From: a virus
Reading direction: 5' to 3' (one strand)
DNA length: 64,000 nucleotides
IMG/VR virus record: IMGVR_UViG_3300001567_000262
Coordinates: 1-64,000 of that record
Shown here: positions 20,101 through 28,862 of the stretch, one piece after another
Layout of the letters: every line of letters begins with the position of its first letter
Position numbering within the stretch: position 1 is the first letter of the stretch
The notes under the pieces: generated by a model
What the model was told of the DNA's origin: nothing
What the model saw: only the letters and a program-made list of their open reading frames with translations
Database searches by the model: none
Translations under genes and position numbers: made by a program

Positions 20101-21731
20101 ACGTGGACGACATCGAGGATCAGAACGCCCTCGTTTTCACACAAAAGAACATGCAGGGCAAAGAGGAAACGGTCGTTCAATTCAAATTGCGCCCGGACTC
20201 TGAGCGGAAACTCCTCGATGCACTCGGCGAAAAAGGCACCGCCTTAAAGGGCCTCGCCACCGGAGACACGCTGCCCGAGGACACCTTCTACGAAAAAATC
20301 CTGTCCGGCGTTAAGACGGTCAACCACCATGTCGACAGCGGCGATTTTAAATATAACGCGGACACGCTGGATGAGATCAGGAAGATGCTCCCCGACATTG
20401 AACAGCTTGCGAAGTCCGGCAAGACGACATCCATCCGGGACATGGCCGAGGAATACAGAAAAACATGCGAGGCTGTTCTGGATGCCGCGAAAAACAATAC
20501 AAAGATTGGTGGTAAGTTCGAGCAGTACACCGCGAAAAAGAATCTCATTGCACAAGAGGCGAAGCCGGAACCTAAAAAAGCTGGTTTCCGCTTTCAGAGA
20601 ACAAATATCAAAATGGATCAAAGGCAATGCCGCGACGGTGAAATCCACGTCGTAAAATCCGATACGGACCTGAATAACATCTTCGGACGGAGTTCTGGTT
20701 TCAGCCGTGGTGTGCAGTACCGGATCGAACTCGACGACGGCGTGGTCATGGACTACCGTCCTTGGGATTCCGCGAATCCTTACGCCGTTCAGGGACAAGT
20801 GGAAATCCGCGTCACTGGCAAGATTGCGGACCCGGAGCGGTTCGAGGCCATTCTTGACCGGCTCGACCAACTTGGAATCAACTCGGTTCCCGCAAGCGTC
20901 GAGGATGCCGAGATTATGTATTTGCAGAAACAGGCGTATCTTCTGAAAAAAGACACGTCAGCCGCGTGGAAAAAGATGTCGCAGAAGTTGGACTCTTCGA
21001 ACGCTACCAAGGCCGAGCGCATTCAGGCCATGCGAAAGTTCTGGGCGGATGAACTCGGCGTTGACGATGTGACTAAAATACCGGGATACAATCCCAACGG
21101 AAACTATGAACTCGGATTCAAGGACCCGACTCGACGCGCCGGATACAGGCACCAGATGCGGTTTGATTTGACGGAAGAGACGCTGGATCGGGAATTGAAG
21201 GGATACGGTCTGTATCACAATGTCACAGATAACGGAGACGTTGAAGACCTTGTAAAGACCGTCCTTGAGAACAACGGCAACATGGTGTCCACCGTCGAGA
21301 AAATCCGCATCGGCGTGAAGCCTGGCGGCATGTCGCCGACAAGTGATATGGGAACCGGCGGCGCGTCTTATTTCTTCACCCGAGTTCGCAAGCTGCCGAC
21401 CGCCGGCGGCCGGGGAAGCGCAGGCCTCTTCTTCAAAAAGCGGCTTCTGCGCCGGATGGATGCTATCACTTACGACCACGACGCGTTCGGGAAAGTGATA
21501 GACGATTACGTCCGCCGCAAACGTCTGACAAGTATCCAGGACTACAAAAAGTTGGCTTTGGGCGGTCGAAGTGACGAGACTATTTTCAAATATACGGTGT
21601 CGCTTGTGGATGAAATCGACGTCATCAAAACGAGCAGCGCGGCGCAGCGTGCAAAGGTCATCGAACTGTTCAAGAAGAAAGGCTTCTCAAAACTGCCGGA
21701 TGGCCGGAAGATAGAGGAAGTGGTGCTCTGA
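17172..21731 (+). CDS. MuF (SPP1 gp7-like) minor head protein with HeH-like repeats, a PI3/4K/HipA-like kinase domain and an ART-like C-terminal domain
   Basis: MuF: IARTE, W.AVGDERECPVC..LDG, PAHPHCRC. Kinase-like: GGAHEKY, WLFKP, DWLISNHDAH, GIDKG. ART-like: LYH, VST, SYFF, DETIF. Confidence 0.8.
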   Translation: MRMQAVAVEKTLRDRIVEATLVSLHERDLYSEQTVTRVLDSLQRSEKDVKASLLYYANLGSLPEGKAINQASLKKLQQQIREHIRTVRDEHSLIMKTAVKESYRSGIHSGISDLVRAQMPFYRDLTPDGIKQCGSNIFTLIDKDALDFMANYNVQLAGDVSRELTDGINRAIQTGIASGRSVPEIAKDIGRVVKDPEEFRKAGKTVFKTAQYRMEMIARTETLRAHNQGRMKFYNTVGVTKVEWMAVGDERECPVCRELDGKIFPIDKVPNIPAHPHCRCQILNAYPSEICGAKNLGVVAAPAEAACILPPQTIEDMAKEKQSEAIKIGQFISKGEWDKLTIKQLQDQAKSNGISIARTKADFLDILKQKTGTDFSHLSGKDLQALIKEHKIAALRSKDDLVGLLKAKAKQESVPDYSSMPVSKLKELAQEKGISLNLTKQEVIDILDVLEPGVDHSGLSGQALIEAKKKFNLPILKTKEHLIKALEKNFKEEIGKKVTKEAVVQVAEETIKKEKDQIVSLLDAVKVSADPKDYQSVLSAIKDAESFLGKGGFSVDDAYLKEKASEIVKKKDEFKAKIQAMNSKDLKDLAKQSKVTHWQWGSKDDFIALFTETDDAVIQTAKNSIETKWAKWAEKYGKKPAAGVQAPPPKAPLKHTPQPAPEPVAPPFLQKPHADLSSGFAKVDSDWDVLDKGKAFKYSKDAKSLGGAHEKYIYIDEHGDKWLFKPTDKFIAHGEEMGYRIARLIDPDAVEVRYVELNGRSGSIQRLVKNVKSEASFRDIPIGKLSPSEIEAIQREHILDWLISNHDAHAKQFVRAADDKVFGIDKGQTFKFLGKDKLGISYHPNSMEAEPIYNTLFRAYQNGEIDIDLQAALKTIQRIEKIPDSEYLEIIRPYVEGRFGAKASAAKDEFYRLVLERKNNIRRDFEKFYNDLYKARFKAEFRFQDDVKTIKKLSGEDEAILRDAQIMKGQGKAMRLDVDDIEDQNALVFTQKNMQGKEETVVQFKLRPDSERKLLDALGEKGTALKGLATGDTLPEDTFYEKILSGVKTVNHHVDSGDFKYNADTLDEIRKMLPDIEQLAKSGKTTSIRDMAEEYRKTCEAVLDAAKNNTKIGGKFEQYTAKKNLIAQEAKPEPKKAGFRFQRTNIKMDQRQCRDGEIHVVKSDTDLNNIFGRSSGFSRGVQYRIELDDGVVMDYRPWDSANPYAVQGQVEIRVTGKIADPERFEAILDRLDQLGINSVPASVEDAEIMYLQKQAYLLKKDTSAAWKKMSQKLDSSNATKAERIQAMRKFWADELGVDDVTKIPGYNPNGNYELGFKDPTRRAGYRHQMRFDLTEETLDRELKGYGLYHNVTDNGDVEDLVKTVLENNGNMVSTVEKIRIGVKPGGMSPTSDMGTGGASYFFTRVRKLPTAGGRGSAGLFFKKRLLRRMDAITYDHDAFGKVIDDYVRRKRLTSIQDYKKLALGGRSDETIFKYTVSLVDEIDVIKTSSAAQRAKVIELFKKKGFSKLPDGRKIEEVVL

Positions 21732-22207
21732 TGCAGCAGGAACTCGATGCCGTGAAACAACAGATGCAGGAGAAGATAGACCGGATCAACGTGCCCGGGT
21801 CCGTGGTCGTTGTGGATGTCGGCCTTTCAGATTCCATCCGCATCCTTGTGGACAGGTTCGACATCCTGTTTGCCCGCCCCGTCATCGGCGCGGACGGCTC
21901 CGTGTCCGGCCATTACTACTGGGCCGTGTGTTTTGAAGTTGGTTTCGATCAGGGCGGGCCGCAGAATGTCCGGCTGTTCAAGATGGAGAATGTCCGGGAG
22001 GAACGACCCGATCTGTTTCGTTTTCGGGACCACCGTGGGTATTCATGCTTCATCGAAACCATCGACGAGATCGACGACGCCAAGAAAGCCGATTTCAAAA
22101 AGTGGCGGGAATACCGGAAACAGAATCAGAAGGCGTTCGACCGTCTGTACCTGAACTTCACCGCAGAGGCGATGGAAATGGCGCTGAATTGGGAGAAACC
22201 GATTTGA
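21731..22207 (+). CDS. Hypothetical protein (candidate immunity protein)
   Basis: Translationally coupled (TGATG) to the MuF gene. Confidence 0.65.
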   Translation: MQQELDAVKQQMQEKIDRINVPGSVVVVDVGLSDSIRILVDRFDILFARPVIGADGSVSGHYYWAVCFEVGFDQGGPQNVRLFKMENVREERPDLFRFRDHRGYSCFIETIDEIDDAKKADFKKWREYRKQNQKAFDRLYLNFTAEAMEMALNWEKPI

Positions 22208-22554
22208 TGAAAATACGCTATTTCATCGAATATAAACGTCCCGACCCGAACAAATGGGAGTTCATCCCCATCGGTGTCTGGGCGCACGGCGTGGACGACC
22301 GGTCGGCGTTCGAGGTCGGGTATGTGTCGGGTTTCGACGCCGAGGAATGGGACGCCCAGTGTGTGGTGAACCGGATTGTGGAGCTCGGAATAAAGGAACT
22401 ACCAGAGGATTTCCTCGAACGGCATCGTGAGGCCATATCCGTTTATCTCGGCTCGCGCACAAAGGTGTTCGAGACGGACAAGTACGGAAGCGTGACGGAA
22501 CTGGTGGATGACGTGCTGGAGCAGATAAGGAAAGGAATAATCAAAAATGCATAA
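22207..22554 (+). CDS. Hypothetical protein (candidate second immunity protein)
   Basis: TGATG coupling at 22205-22209; MKIRYFIEY start. Confidence 0.65.
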   Translation: MKIRYFIEYKRPDPNKWEFIPIGVWAHGVDDRSAFEVGYVSGFDAEEWDAQCVVNRIVELGIKELPEDFLERHREAISVYLGSRTKVFETDKYGSVTELVDDVLEQIRKGIIKNA

Positions 22555-22693
22555 AATTATCGCTTTCCTTCAGAAGCTGCTCTCAGAGCGTTTTTACGGG
22601 CAGGTCGTGTTCCGATTTGAGAACGGAAAAATCACGCATGTTGAGAAAATAAAAACGGAAGCGAAATGGGAGTTTAAAAACTTGCCGGAATAA
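22547..22693 (+). CDS. 48-aa DUF2292/YezD-like small protein (absent from the ORF track)
   Basis: MHKIIAFLQKLLSERFYGQVVFRFENGKITHVEKIKTEAKWEFKNLPE; FYGxV..FENGxI..VE pattern. Confidence 0.55.
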   Translation: MHKIIAFLQKLLSERFYGQVVFRFENGKITHVEKIKTEAKWEFKNLPE

Positions 22694-22708
22694 CTTAACG
22701 AAATATTC

Positions 22709-22810
22709 AGTCCGGAAGTATTGAAAGCCGAGCCCGGTAAACAAGTCCGGAAGCGTCGGCCCAAGCCCGGTAACAAGCGAGAGATCGCATGTTGCCGGGC
22801 TTTTTATTTT
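22709..22810 (+). promoter_or_regulatory. Repeat-rich attenuator/terminator element, copy 1
   Basis: AGTCCGGAAG twice and AGCCCGGTAA twice, then stem AGCCCGGTAACA/TGTTGCCGGGCT and a T-run; same architecture at 41604-41716. Confidence 0.7.
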
Positions 22811-22826
22811 CCCGCGAGGTGAACGA

Positions 22827-25800
22827 ATGGAAATCGAATTCAAAACCGACCTTGAGAGAATCAGCTTCCTTCTCGAAGCCGATGCCGAGTTGCGTCTCGG
22901 CCTTCTTGCCGCCGAGGGCAAACTGGAACTCGTCACAGAGGAACTGCCTCCAGAAGATCGACCGAAGTACATCACCAACTTCATCGGATCGAAGCAGAAA
23001 CTTGTGGACTGGATATGGGGTAACACGCCCGAAGACTCGGAATCCGTCTTTGACGCTTTCTCCGGCTCGTCCGTTGTCGGGTACATGTACAAAACCAAGG
23101 GACTGCAGGTCTTTTCCAACGACCGGCTGTCCTACTGCTATCACGCCGCCCGCGCCATCGTCGAAAACAACAACACCCGCCTCTCTGAAAAAGACATGGA
23201 GGGGCTTCTCAAAGACCACAACTCCAACGCGGGGACATTCATTCAGAAAAACTTCAACGGCATTTTCTTCAAGAACGACGTCCTCGCGCTTCTGGACGTG
23301 ATGCGCGAAAACATCGACGCGCTGTCCGGCACCAAAAAGAGCATGGCGCTTTTCGCACTGGGCAAGACGTGCATGTCCGGCGGCGGGTTCGGACATTTCT
23401 CGTCCAGCACAAAAGGCGGACAGCGGCACTACACCGTCGAGAGTTTCATCGAGCATTACCGGGACAACCTGCTCCGGATCAACGCGCTCGTTTTCGACAA
23501 CGGCAAGGAGAACAAAGCGTTCAACGGCGACATCCTCGACACTGCACCAAAAATCAAAGCCGACCTCGTCTATTTCGATCCGCCGTATGCCACGCAGTTC
23601 AGTTCCACAAACTACGAGAAGTATTACCACTTCGTGGAAGGCCTGATGGATTACTGGAAGGACAAGGAGATCGACCACACTAAAAAAATACGCAATTACA
23701 CAATCGAAGACCCCGGCGTCACGCCTGTTACCGCGAAACAGTTCTTCACGGATTTCCTCACCGCGTCGAAGCACATCCCCAACTGGCTTATCTCATACCG
23801 GGACAACGCATATCCAACAGAGTCCGAGATAAAGGGGATCGTCGCCGACCTCGGAAAAGACTCCCGCATGAAATCGAAAGATCACAAGTACCAGCTTGCT
23901 GGAAAGAACCGCGGGGGCGATCCTTCGAATGCGAAGGAACGGCTCTTCGTGTGCGCCGATGAAAGTGACGACGCCGCGCAAATGTCCGCCGTCGCCAACA
24001 TGGAGGACATTGCCGACCTGTCGCTCGACGCCGACTTCGATCTCGATGTCCTGAGTGCCATAGCGGGCAAGACGGACAACGTCCTCGTGACCGGATATAT
24101 CGGAAACAAGCACTTCATGATGGACTGGATCGACAAACACTTCCCGAATGATGCAAAAAGCCTGTTCGACGCATTTTCCGGCGGTGCAAACGTCGCCTAT
24201 TTCTACAAACGCAAGGGGCTGCGAGTTACGACCAACGACATAATGTCCTACCCGTACCACATCGCCCGAGCCGTCATAGAAAACAACTCCGAGACCATCT
24301 CCGACGAGGAACTCGCCGCGTTGCTTGAGAAAAACCCCGACGCCGGAACTTTCATCACCGACACGTTCTATGGGTACTACTACACGAAGCCGATTCTCCA
24401 GTTTCTCGACAACATGTGGGCGAATATCCAGAAGCTGAAGGGATACAAGAAAGACATCGCTCTTGCCGCGCTCGGACATGTCTGCAAAGCCAAGGCAGTG
24501 TTCGGCATGTTCAACCGCAGCAAGAGGAACCGGACACGGAAGATATCCGATCTGGACGAGGGCTATCGCTCCTCCAGCATCGGCAATATTCCGGTTTCCG
24601 AGTTCGTGACGGCATTCAAGAAATACGTCCGTCAGATAAATGGTCTCGTTTACGACAACGGTCAGGAGAACGCCGCGCACAACGACGACATCCTCAAAGT
24701 TCTCCCGGAGGTGAAGGCCGATGTCATCTACTGCGACCCGCCCTATATCACCGAGTTTGGAAAGAACGATTACGAGACCTACTACCACTTCGTGGAAGGC
24801 CTCATGACGTGCTGGAAAGACAAGGAGCTTCTCGACACGCCGCGCCGCAATTTCGCATCACGCACGAAGTACAACAAGGAAAGCATCGCTGAACTGATCG
24901 GCAATGTTGTCACTGCGGCGGGTAAAAGATTTTCTCACATACTCATCAGTTACCGTGACAAAGCGTTCCCGACCGAGAACGAACTCAAGGACATGGTCGC
25001 CGGGGTCTACGGCCATGTCAGCGTAAAACGCATCGCCATGACCTATGGCCTCGTCAGACGCGAAACCGACGCGGGCGGCAAATATGCGAATGAGCTTCTG
25101 TTCATAGGCAAAAAGACAGCCGCCGGCGCGGCAAAGGCCGGATGCGCAGATGATGACATCCTCGACTCTGTTGCCGCTTCCGTTCCGACCGGCAACCACA
25201 CGACAATCATCGGCGACATCCGGCTCTCCGAAGTTAACCCGCTCGCCGCAGAGGGAATCAGTCTGTCCGACAACAACGTCCAGGGCGACAAGGAATTCAG
25301 TTTCATCCTTACACACGCCGGAGCAAACAAAAACGGCGATTTCTTCACGGTCGAGGAACTCTCCGCTCGACACCAGACGTCGATCAACAAAAAAATCGAC
25401 CTCAAGCATTCGCAGGATTTCACGGACATCGTCGGCGGAATCATCGCCAGCGACTTTGTTCAGGAAGAGAACAAGTCGTGGGTGGAATGCGTCGGGGAAC
25501 TCTACATCAATGACAACATCAATTCACGTCTCGCTTACAAGCTGATCAAGAAAGGCATCATCGCACAGGTTTCGATGGAGTGCGATTACGAGGAAGGCGA
25601 ATGCTCGGTCTGCGGCAAGCGCGTGCGCAGCAAGGCGGACTACTGCCTGCATCTGAAGAAATTCAAGGGAGGTGAGTTCAAAGGACAGCCAGTTTACGAA
25701 ATTCTCCACGGCATTACCTTCACCGGTCTGGGATTGCTGGACCGCAAGGGCGCCGACGAGAACGCAAAAATAAGGCAGGTTGCGGAAAAACATTCCAATG

Positions 25801-26396
25801 AAGGAGGTAACGACAGAATGGACGGTGAAAACAAAAATCCCGAAACCGATGAAACCGAGGCGGCGAAGAAAAACGCGCCCGGTGGCGGCGGTGGCAGTGA
25901 CGCCCGAGTCAAGGAACTCGAGAAGGAGAACAAAGACCTGAAGGCCCAGCTCGACGTGGTGCAGAAGGAACTGGACAAGATGCGCGAGGAACAGGCGGCG
26001 GCAGCGCGCCGGACCCGCGCGGAAAAACTCGTCAAGGACATGGAGAACCGGGGCGTCGAGTTCTCGGACGAGGAAGACCGCGAAAGCGAGATGAAACGGC
26101 TCGCCGGACTGACCGACGACGCTTTCGAAGCGACGGAGGCTGCGGTCAAACGCATCAAGAAGAAAGACCCGAAAGCGCCGGATCAGCCACCGACCGATCA
26201 GACGCTGGAGGACACCCAGAAGCAGAAAGACAAGAAGACCCCGGCCAACAAGGGCAAGGCTGACTGCGGCTGCGGCATGAGCGCGGACGCGAACGTGAGG
26301 CCCGCCGATGTGCAGGACGGCAAAGTGCCTCTCGAAGACCAACTGAAAGACGGCTTCATGGCGGCGTACAACGAGCGCGTCGGCGCTGCCAACTGA
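22827..26396 (+). CDS. Fusion of two D12-class N6-adenine DNA methyltransferase domains, a prohead protease-like domain and a scaffold coiled coil
   Basis: Two sets of (F/Y)IG(S/N)K, FDAFSG and DPPY motifs; then GANKNGD, IDLKH and QVSME; then a charged coiled coil, directly upstream of the decoration and capsid genes. Confidence 0.85.
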   Translation: MEIEFKTDLERISFLLEADAELRLGLLAAEGKLELVTEELPPEDRPKYITNFIGSKQKLVDWIWGNTPEDSESVFDAFSGSSVVGYMYKTKGLQVFSNDRLSYCYHAARAIVENNNTRLSEKDMEGLLKDHNSNAGTFIQKNFNGIFFKNDVLALLDVMRENIDALSGTKKSMALFALGKTCMSGGGFGHFSSSTKGGQRHYTVESFIEHYRDNLLRINALVFDNGKENKAFNGDILDTAPKIKADLVYFDPPYATQFSSTNYEKYYHFVEGLMDYWKDKEIDHTKKIRNYTIEDPGVTPVTAKQFFTDFLTASKHIPNWLISYRDNAYPTESEIKGIVADLGKDSRMKSKDHKYQLAGKNRGGDPSNAKERLFVCADESDDAAQMSAVANMEDIADLSLDADFDLDVLSAIAGKTDNVLVTGYIGNKHFMMDWIDKHFPNDAKSLFDAFSGGANVAYFYKRKGLRVTTNDIMSYPYHIARAVIENNSETISDEELAALLEKNPDAGTFITDTFYGYYYTKPILQFLDNMWANIQKLKGYKKDIALAALGHVCKAKAVFGMFNRSKRNRTRKISDLDEGYRSSSIGNIPVSEFVTAFKKYVRQINGLVYDNGQENAAHNDDILKVLPEVKADVIYCDPPYITEFGKNDYETYYHFVEGLMTCWKDKELLDTPRRNFASRTKYNKESIAELIGNVVTAAGKRFSHILISYRDKAFPTENELKDMVAGVYGHVSVKRIAMTYGLVRRETDAGGKYANELLFIGKKTAAGAAKAGCADDDILDSVAASVPTGNHTTIIGDIRLSEVNPLAAEGISLSDNNVQGDKEFSFILTHAGANKNGDFFTVEELSARHQTSINKKIDLKHSQDFTDIVGGIIASDFVQEENKSWVECVGELYINDNINSRLAYKLIKKGIIAQVSMECDYEEGECSVCGKRVRSKADYCLHLKKFKGGEFKGQPVYEILHGITFTGLGLLDRKGADENAKIRQVAEKHSNEGGNDRMDGENKNPETDETEAAKKNAPGGGGGSDARVKELEKENKDLKAQLDVVQKELDKMREEQAAAARRTRAEKLVKDMENRGVEFSDEEDRESEMKRLAGLTDDAFEATEAAVKRIKKKDPKAPDQPPTDQTLEDTQKQKDKKTPANKGKADCGCGMSADANVRPADVQDGKVPLEDQLKDGFMAAYNERVGAAN

Positions 26397-26427
26397 AAAA
26401 ACGAAAGGAAAACGGAGGTAACCCATC

Positions 26428-26787
26428 ATGGCATATTTCAATGCAAACCATCCCGGCATCGCCTACGGAGACGGATACATCCAGGGCGCTGGCGGCATGG
26501 GGCAGTTCGTGAAGGCGGTCGGCAACGACACTTTCGCGGTGAACACCGACCCGGCGGTCCCGTCCGTGGGCGTCCTGATGAAGGACTATGTCGACGGCGA
26601 AATGCCCGCCTTCTGGTGCAACGGCGGCGTGTACGAGACCGACGTGTTCAGCGGCACGATCAACCCGAACGAGCTTCTGAAGATTGACGGCACCGGCAAA
26701 CTCGTCGGCGGCGGCACGAGCGCCAACGCGGTCGCCCAGGCGATCAGCGTGGCCGGCGGACTTCTGAAGTTCAAACTGCTCGTTTAA
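26428..26787 (+). CDS. Head decoration/cement protein
   Basis: Small Gly-rich beta protein between scaffold and capsid genes. Confidence 0.65.
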   Translation: MAYFNANHPGIAYGDGYIQGAGGMGQFVKAVGNDTFAVNTDPAVPSVGVLMKDYVDGEMPAFWCNGGVYETDVFSGTINPNELLKIDGTGKLVGGGTSANAVAQAISVAGGLLKFKLLV

Positions 26788-26814
26788 CCAAAAAGAAAGG
26801 AGGAACAACTCAGC

Positions 26815-27678
26815 ATGGAAACGAAAAAGGTCAACACGAACTCGCAGGAGTTCATGGAATCGATGGCAAAGCTGATGCGCGAGGCGCTGGAATCGCCCGA
26901 TGGCATGAGGGCGCTCGCCGCCGCAATCGCCGCACCCATCGAGCAGGACATCAAGCGCAAGGAAATCACCTCGCTTCTCCTGACGAAGCACAATCTGCCC
27001 AAGGGTGAACGCGCCCTTTACCAGAAGAAACCGCTTCTGAAGGCGTACTGGATTTCAAAGGACGGTGAAGCGCGGGAGCAGGAAATCGGCAAGGACGAGA
27101 TCGAAATCCCGACGCATCGCGTCCACAGCACGCCGATGGTCGACATCAGCGTGCTCAAGAATGGCAACATCGGCACGCTCACGGACATCCAGACGGCGTC
27201 CTCGGATGAAATCCGCAAGGAGATCGACAAACGCACGATCACCGTCATCTCCAGTGCCGTACCCGCCGAGAACGTTGTCACTATCTCCGGCGGTGTTCTG
27301 ACCGAGGACAGCCTCAACGACGCCATCAGCATTCTCGAAGACAAGGAACTGACCGTGAAGTACATCGTGCTTCGCGGAAAACGCTTCAACGAGATGCGGG
27401 CATGGGACCTCGACCCGGTCACCCAGCTCGAACTTCGCCAGAAAGGCATCATCAAAGTGTACGGCGGCGCGAACGTGCTGCTTACCTCCGCGGCTGATGT
27501 GAACGAAATTCTTCTCATCCCCGACGAGGAAATCGGCAAGATGCCCGTCCGCGAGCCTCTCACGGCGGAAGCAATCGACAAGAAACTGAAATTCAAAACC
27601 GGCTGGCTCATCTGGAGCGAACTCGGCATGGGCGTCACGCGCCCGGACATCGTCTCCAAGGTCGTCATTCAGCCGTAA
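26815..27678 (+). CDS. Major capsid protein (HK97-fold)
   Basis: Position, size, strong RBS and strongly biased codon usage. Confidence 0.75.
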   Translation: METKKVNTNSQEFMESMAKLMREALESPDGMRALAAAIAAPIEQDIKRKEITSLLLTKHNLPKGERALYQKKPLLKAYWISKDGEAREQEIGKDEIEIPTHRVHSTPMVDISVLKNGNIGTLTDIQTASSDEIRKEIDKRTITVISSAVPAENVVTISGGVLTEDSLNDAISILEDKELTVKYIVLRGKRFNEMRAWDLDPVTQLELRQKGIIKVYGGANVLLTSAADVNEILLIPDEEIGKMPVREPLTAEAIDKKLKFKTGWLIWSELGMGVTRPDIVSKVVIQP

Positions 27679-27693
27679 GCGGAGGAGGAACGC

Positions 27694-28047
27694 ATGATCA
27701 AGATCAGAAATCTCACACCGGGCATCCTGCACATCCCGGCCGCGAAACTGCGTCTTCAGGGCAACGCGGTCGCGGGTGTGCCGGAGATAACGCCCGAGAT
27801 TAAGAAGCAGATCGACGCGGGCCGCATTGCGGTCGTCACGGACGAGGAAGCCGCGAAAGCGCCAGCGCCGAAACTGCCCGCGCCGCCCGCGGACTACCAG
27901 AAACTGGATGAAGCGGACGCCATCGAGTTTGTCGAAGATGCGACCGACCCGAAAGTCATCCAGACCATTCTCCAGACCGAACAGCGCGGTAGCGTCATCA
28001 AAGCACTCAAGGAACGCCTGAAGGAGATCGGGGATGCTCGCAAGTGA
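27694..28047 (+). CDS. Small virion-associated hypothetical protein
   Basis: Follows the capsid gene with a GGAGGAGG RBS. Confidence 0.6.
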   Translation: MIKIRNLTPGILHIPAAKLRLQGNAVAGVPEITPEIKKQIDAGRIAVVTDEEAAKAPAPKLPAPPADYQKLDEADAIEFVEDATDPKVIQTILQTEQRGSVIKALKERLKEIGDARK

Positions 28048-28516
28048 TCTCGTAACACTTCTGCGGCTCGACATAGGGGACACCGCCGGGGAGATGCTCG
28101 GAGACGAGTATCTCACCCGGTGCGTGACCCGTGCCGTGTATGCAGTGAATAAGGATTTCGACACATCGTTCGCCGTGAACGCCGGGGAAATAACGCCGGA
28201 CCCGTCCGGTGAACAGCAGGAATTCCTTCTTCTGAGGGCACACATAAATGTCTGTTCTCTCATGCGTTCGATCACCGCGAACAACTTCTCGTTCCAGAGC
28301 GGCGACAAGCAGGTGGACAAGACGAAACAGCCGTCGTTCTGGGCGGACCTGCAAGGCGATCTGGAGAAGGATTACAAAGAGCGCGCGAAGAGCGCCGCTC
28401 CAGACAATGGCGGTGTCGTGGACGACCCTGACAACGGCATCATGGCCGCGCCGGCGATAAGGCCAGCAATTTACGAACACGGGTATGTGGAGGAGCCGGA
28501 TGTTGCTCTCAAATAA
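28034..28516 (+). CDS. Head-tail connector/adaptor-like protein
   Basis: LRLDIGD N-terminus; position in the neck module. Confidence 0.6.
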   Translation: MLASDLVTLLRLDIGDTAGEMLGDEYLTRCVTRAVYAVNKDFDTSFAVNAGEITPDPSGEQQEFLLLRAHINVCSLMRSITANNFSFQSGDKQVDKTKQPSFWADLQGDLEKDYKERAKSAAPDNGGVVDDPDNGIMAAPAIRPAIYEHGYVEEPDVALK

Positions 28517-28862
28517 GGACAAGGCTTTCATCTATGAATGCACGGCGGAACTCATCACGAGTTCCGAGCGCACGGGCAAGCGTTACGTGCCCGACATCGC
28601 CGCCGAGAGAATTTACGGCACGGACGACGCGCCGTTTGTCCTGAACTGTGAGTTCCCATTCGAGTTCGTATCCACACCAGTTGAAATTCTCACTTCGGAA
28701 AAGACCGACGCTGTCATCTGTGTTTTGCCGGATCAGGCAATCAACGAGGGCGACCGGATCGAATTCGAGGAAAAGATGTACCGGGTCGTCACGGTCGAGT
28801 CACTTAACGTCTTCGGCGTTATCAGTCACAAGGTGGTGACGGTTGCGAACCTCTACCCATGA
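28500..28862 (+). CDS. Head-closure-like protein
   Basis: INEGDRIEFEEKMYRVVTV stopper-like motif; ATG at 28500 follows GGAGG. Confidence 0.55.
   Translation: MLLSNKDKAFIYECTAELITSSERTGKRYVPDIAAERIYGTDDAPFVLNCEFPFEFVSTPVEILTSEKTDAVICVLPDQAINEGDRIEFEEKMYRVVTVESLNVFGVISHKVVTVANLYP

Noticed and set aside
22709-22810. AGCCCGG repeats as a mini-CRISPR array
   Set aside because: Units are short, irregularly spaced and end in a terminator; there are no unique spacers of CRISPR length.
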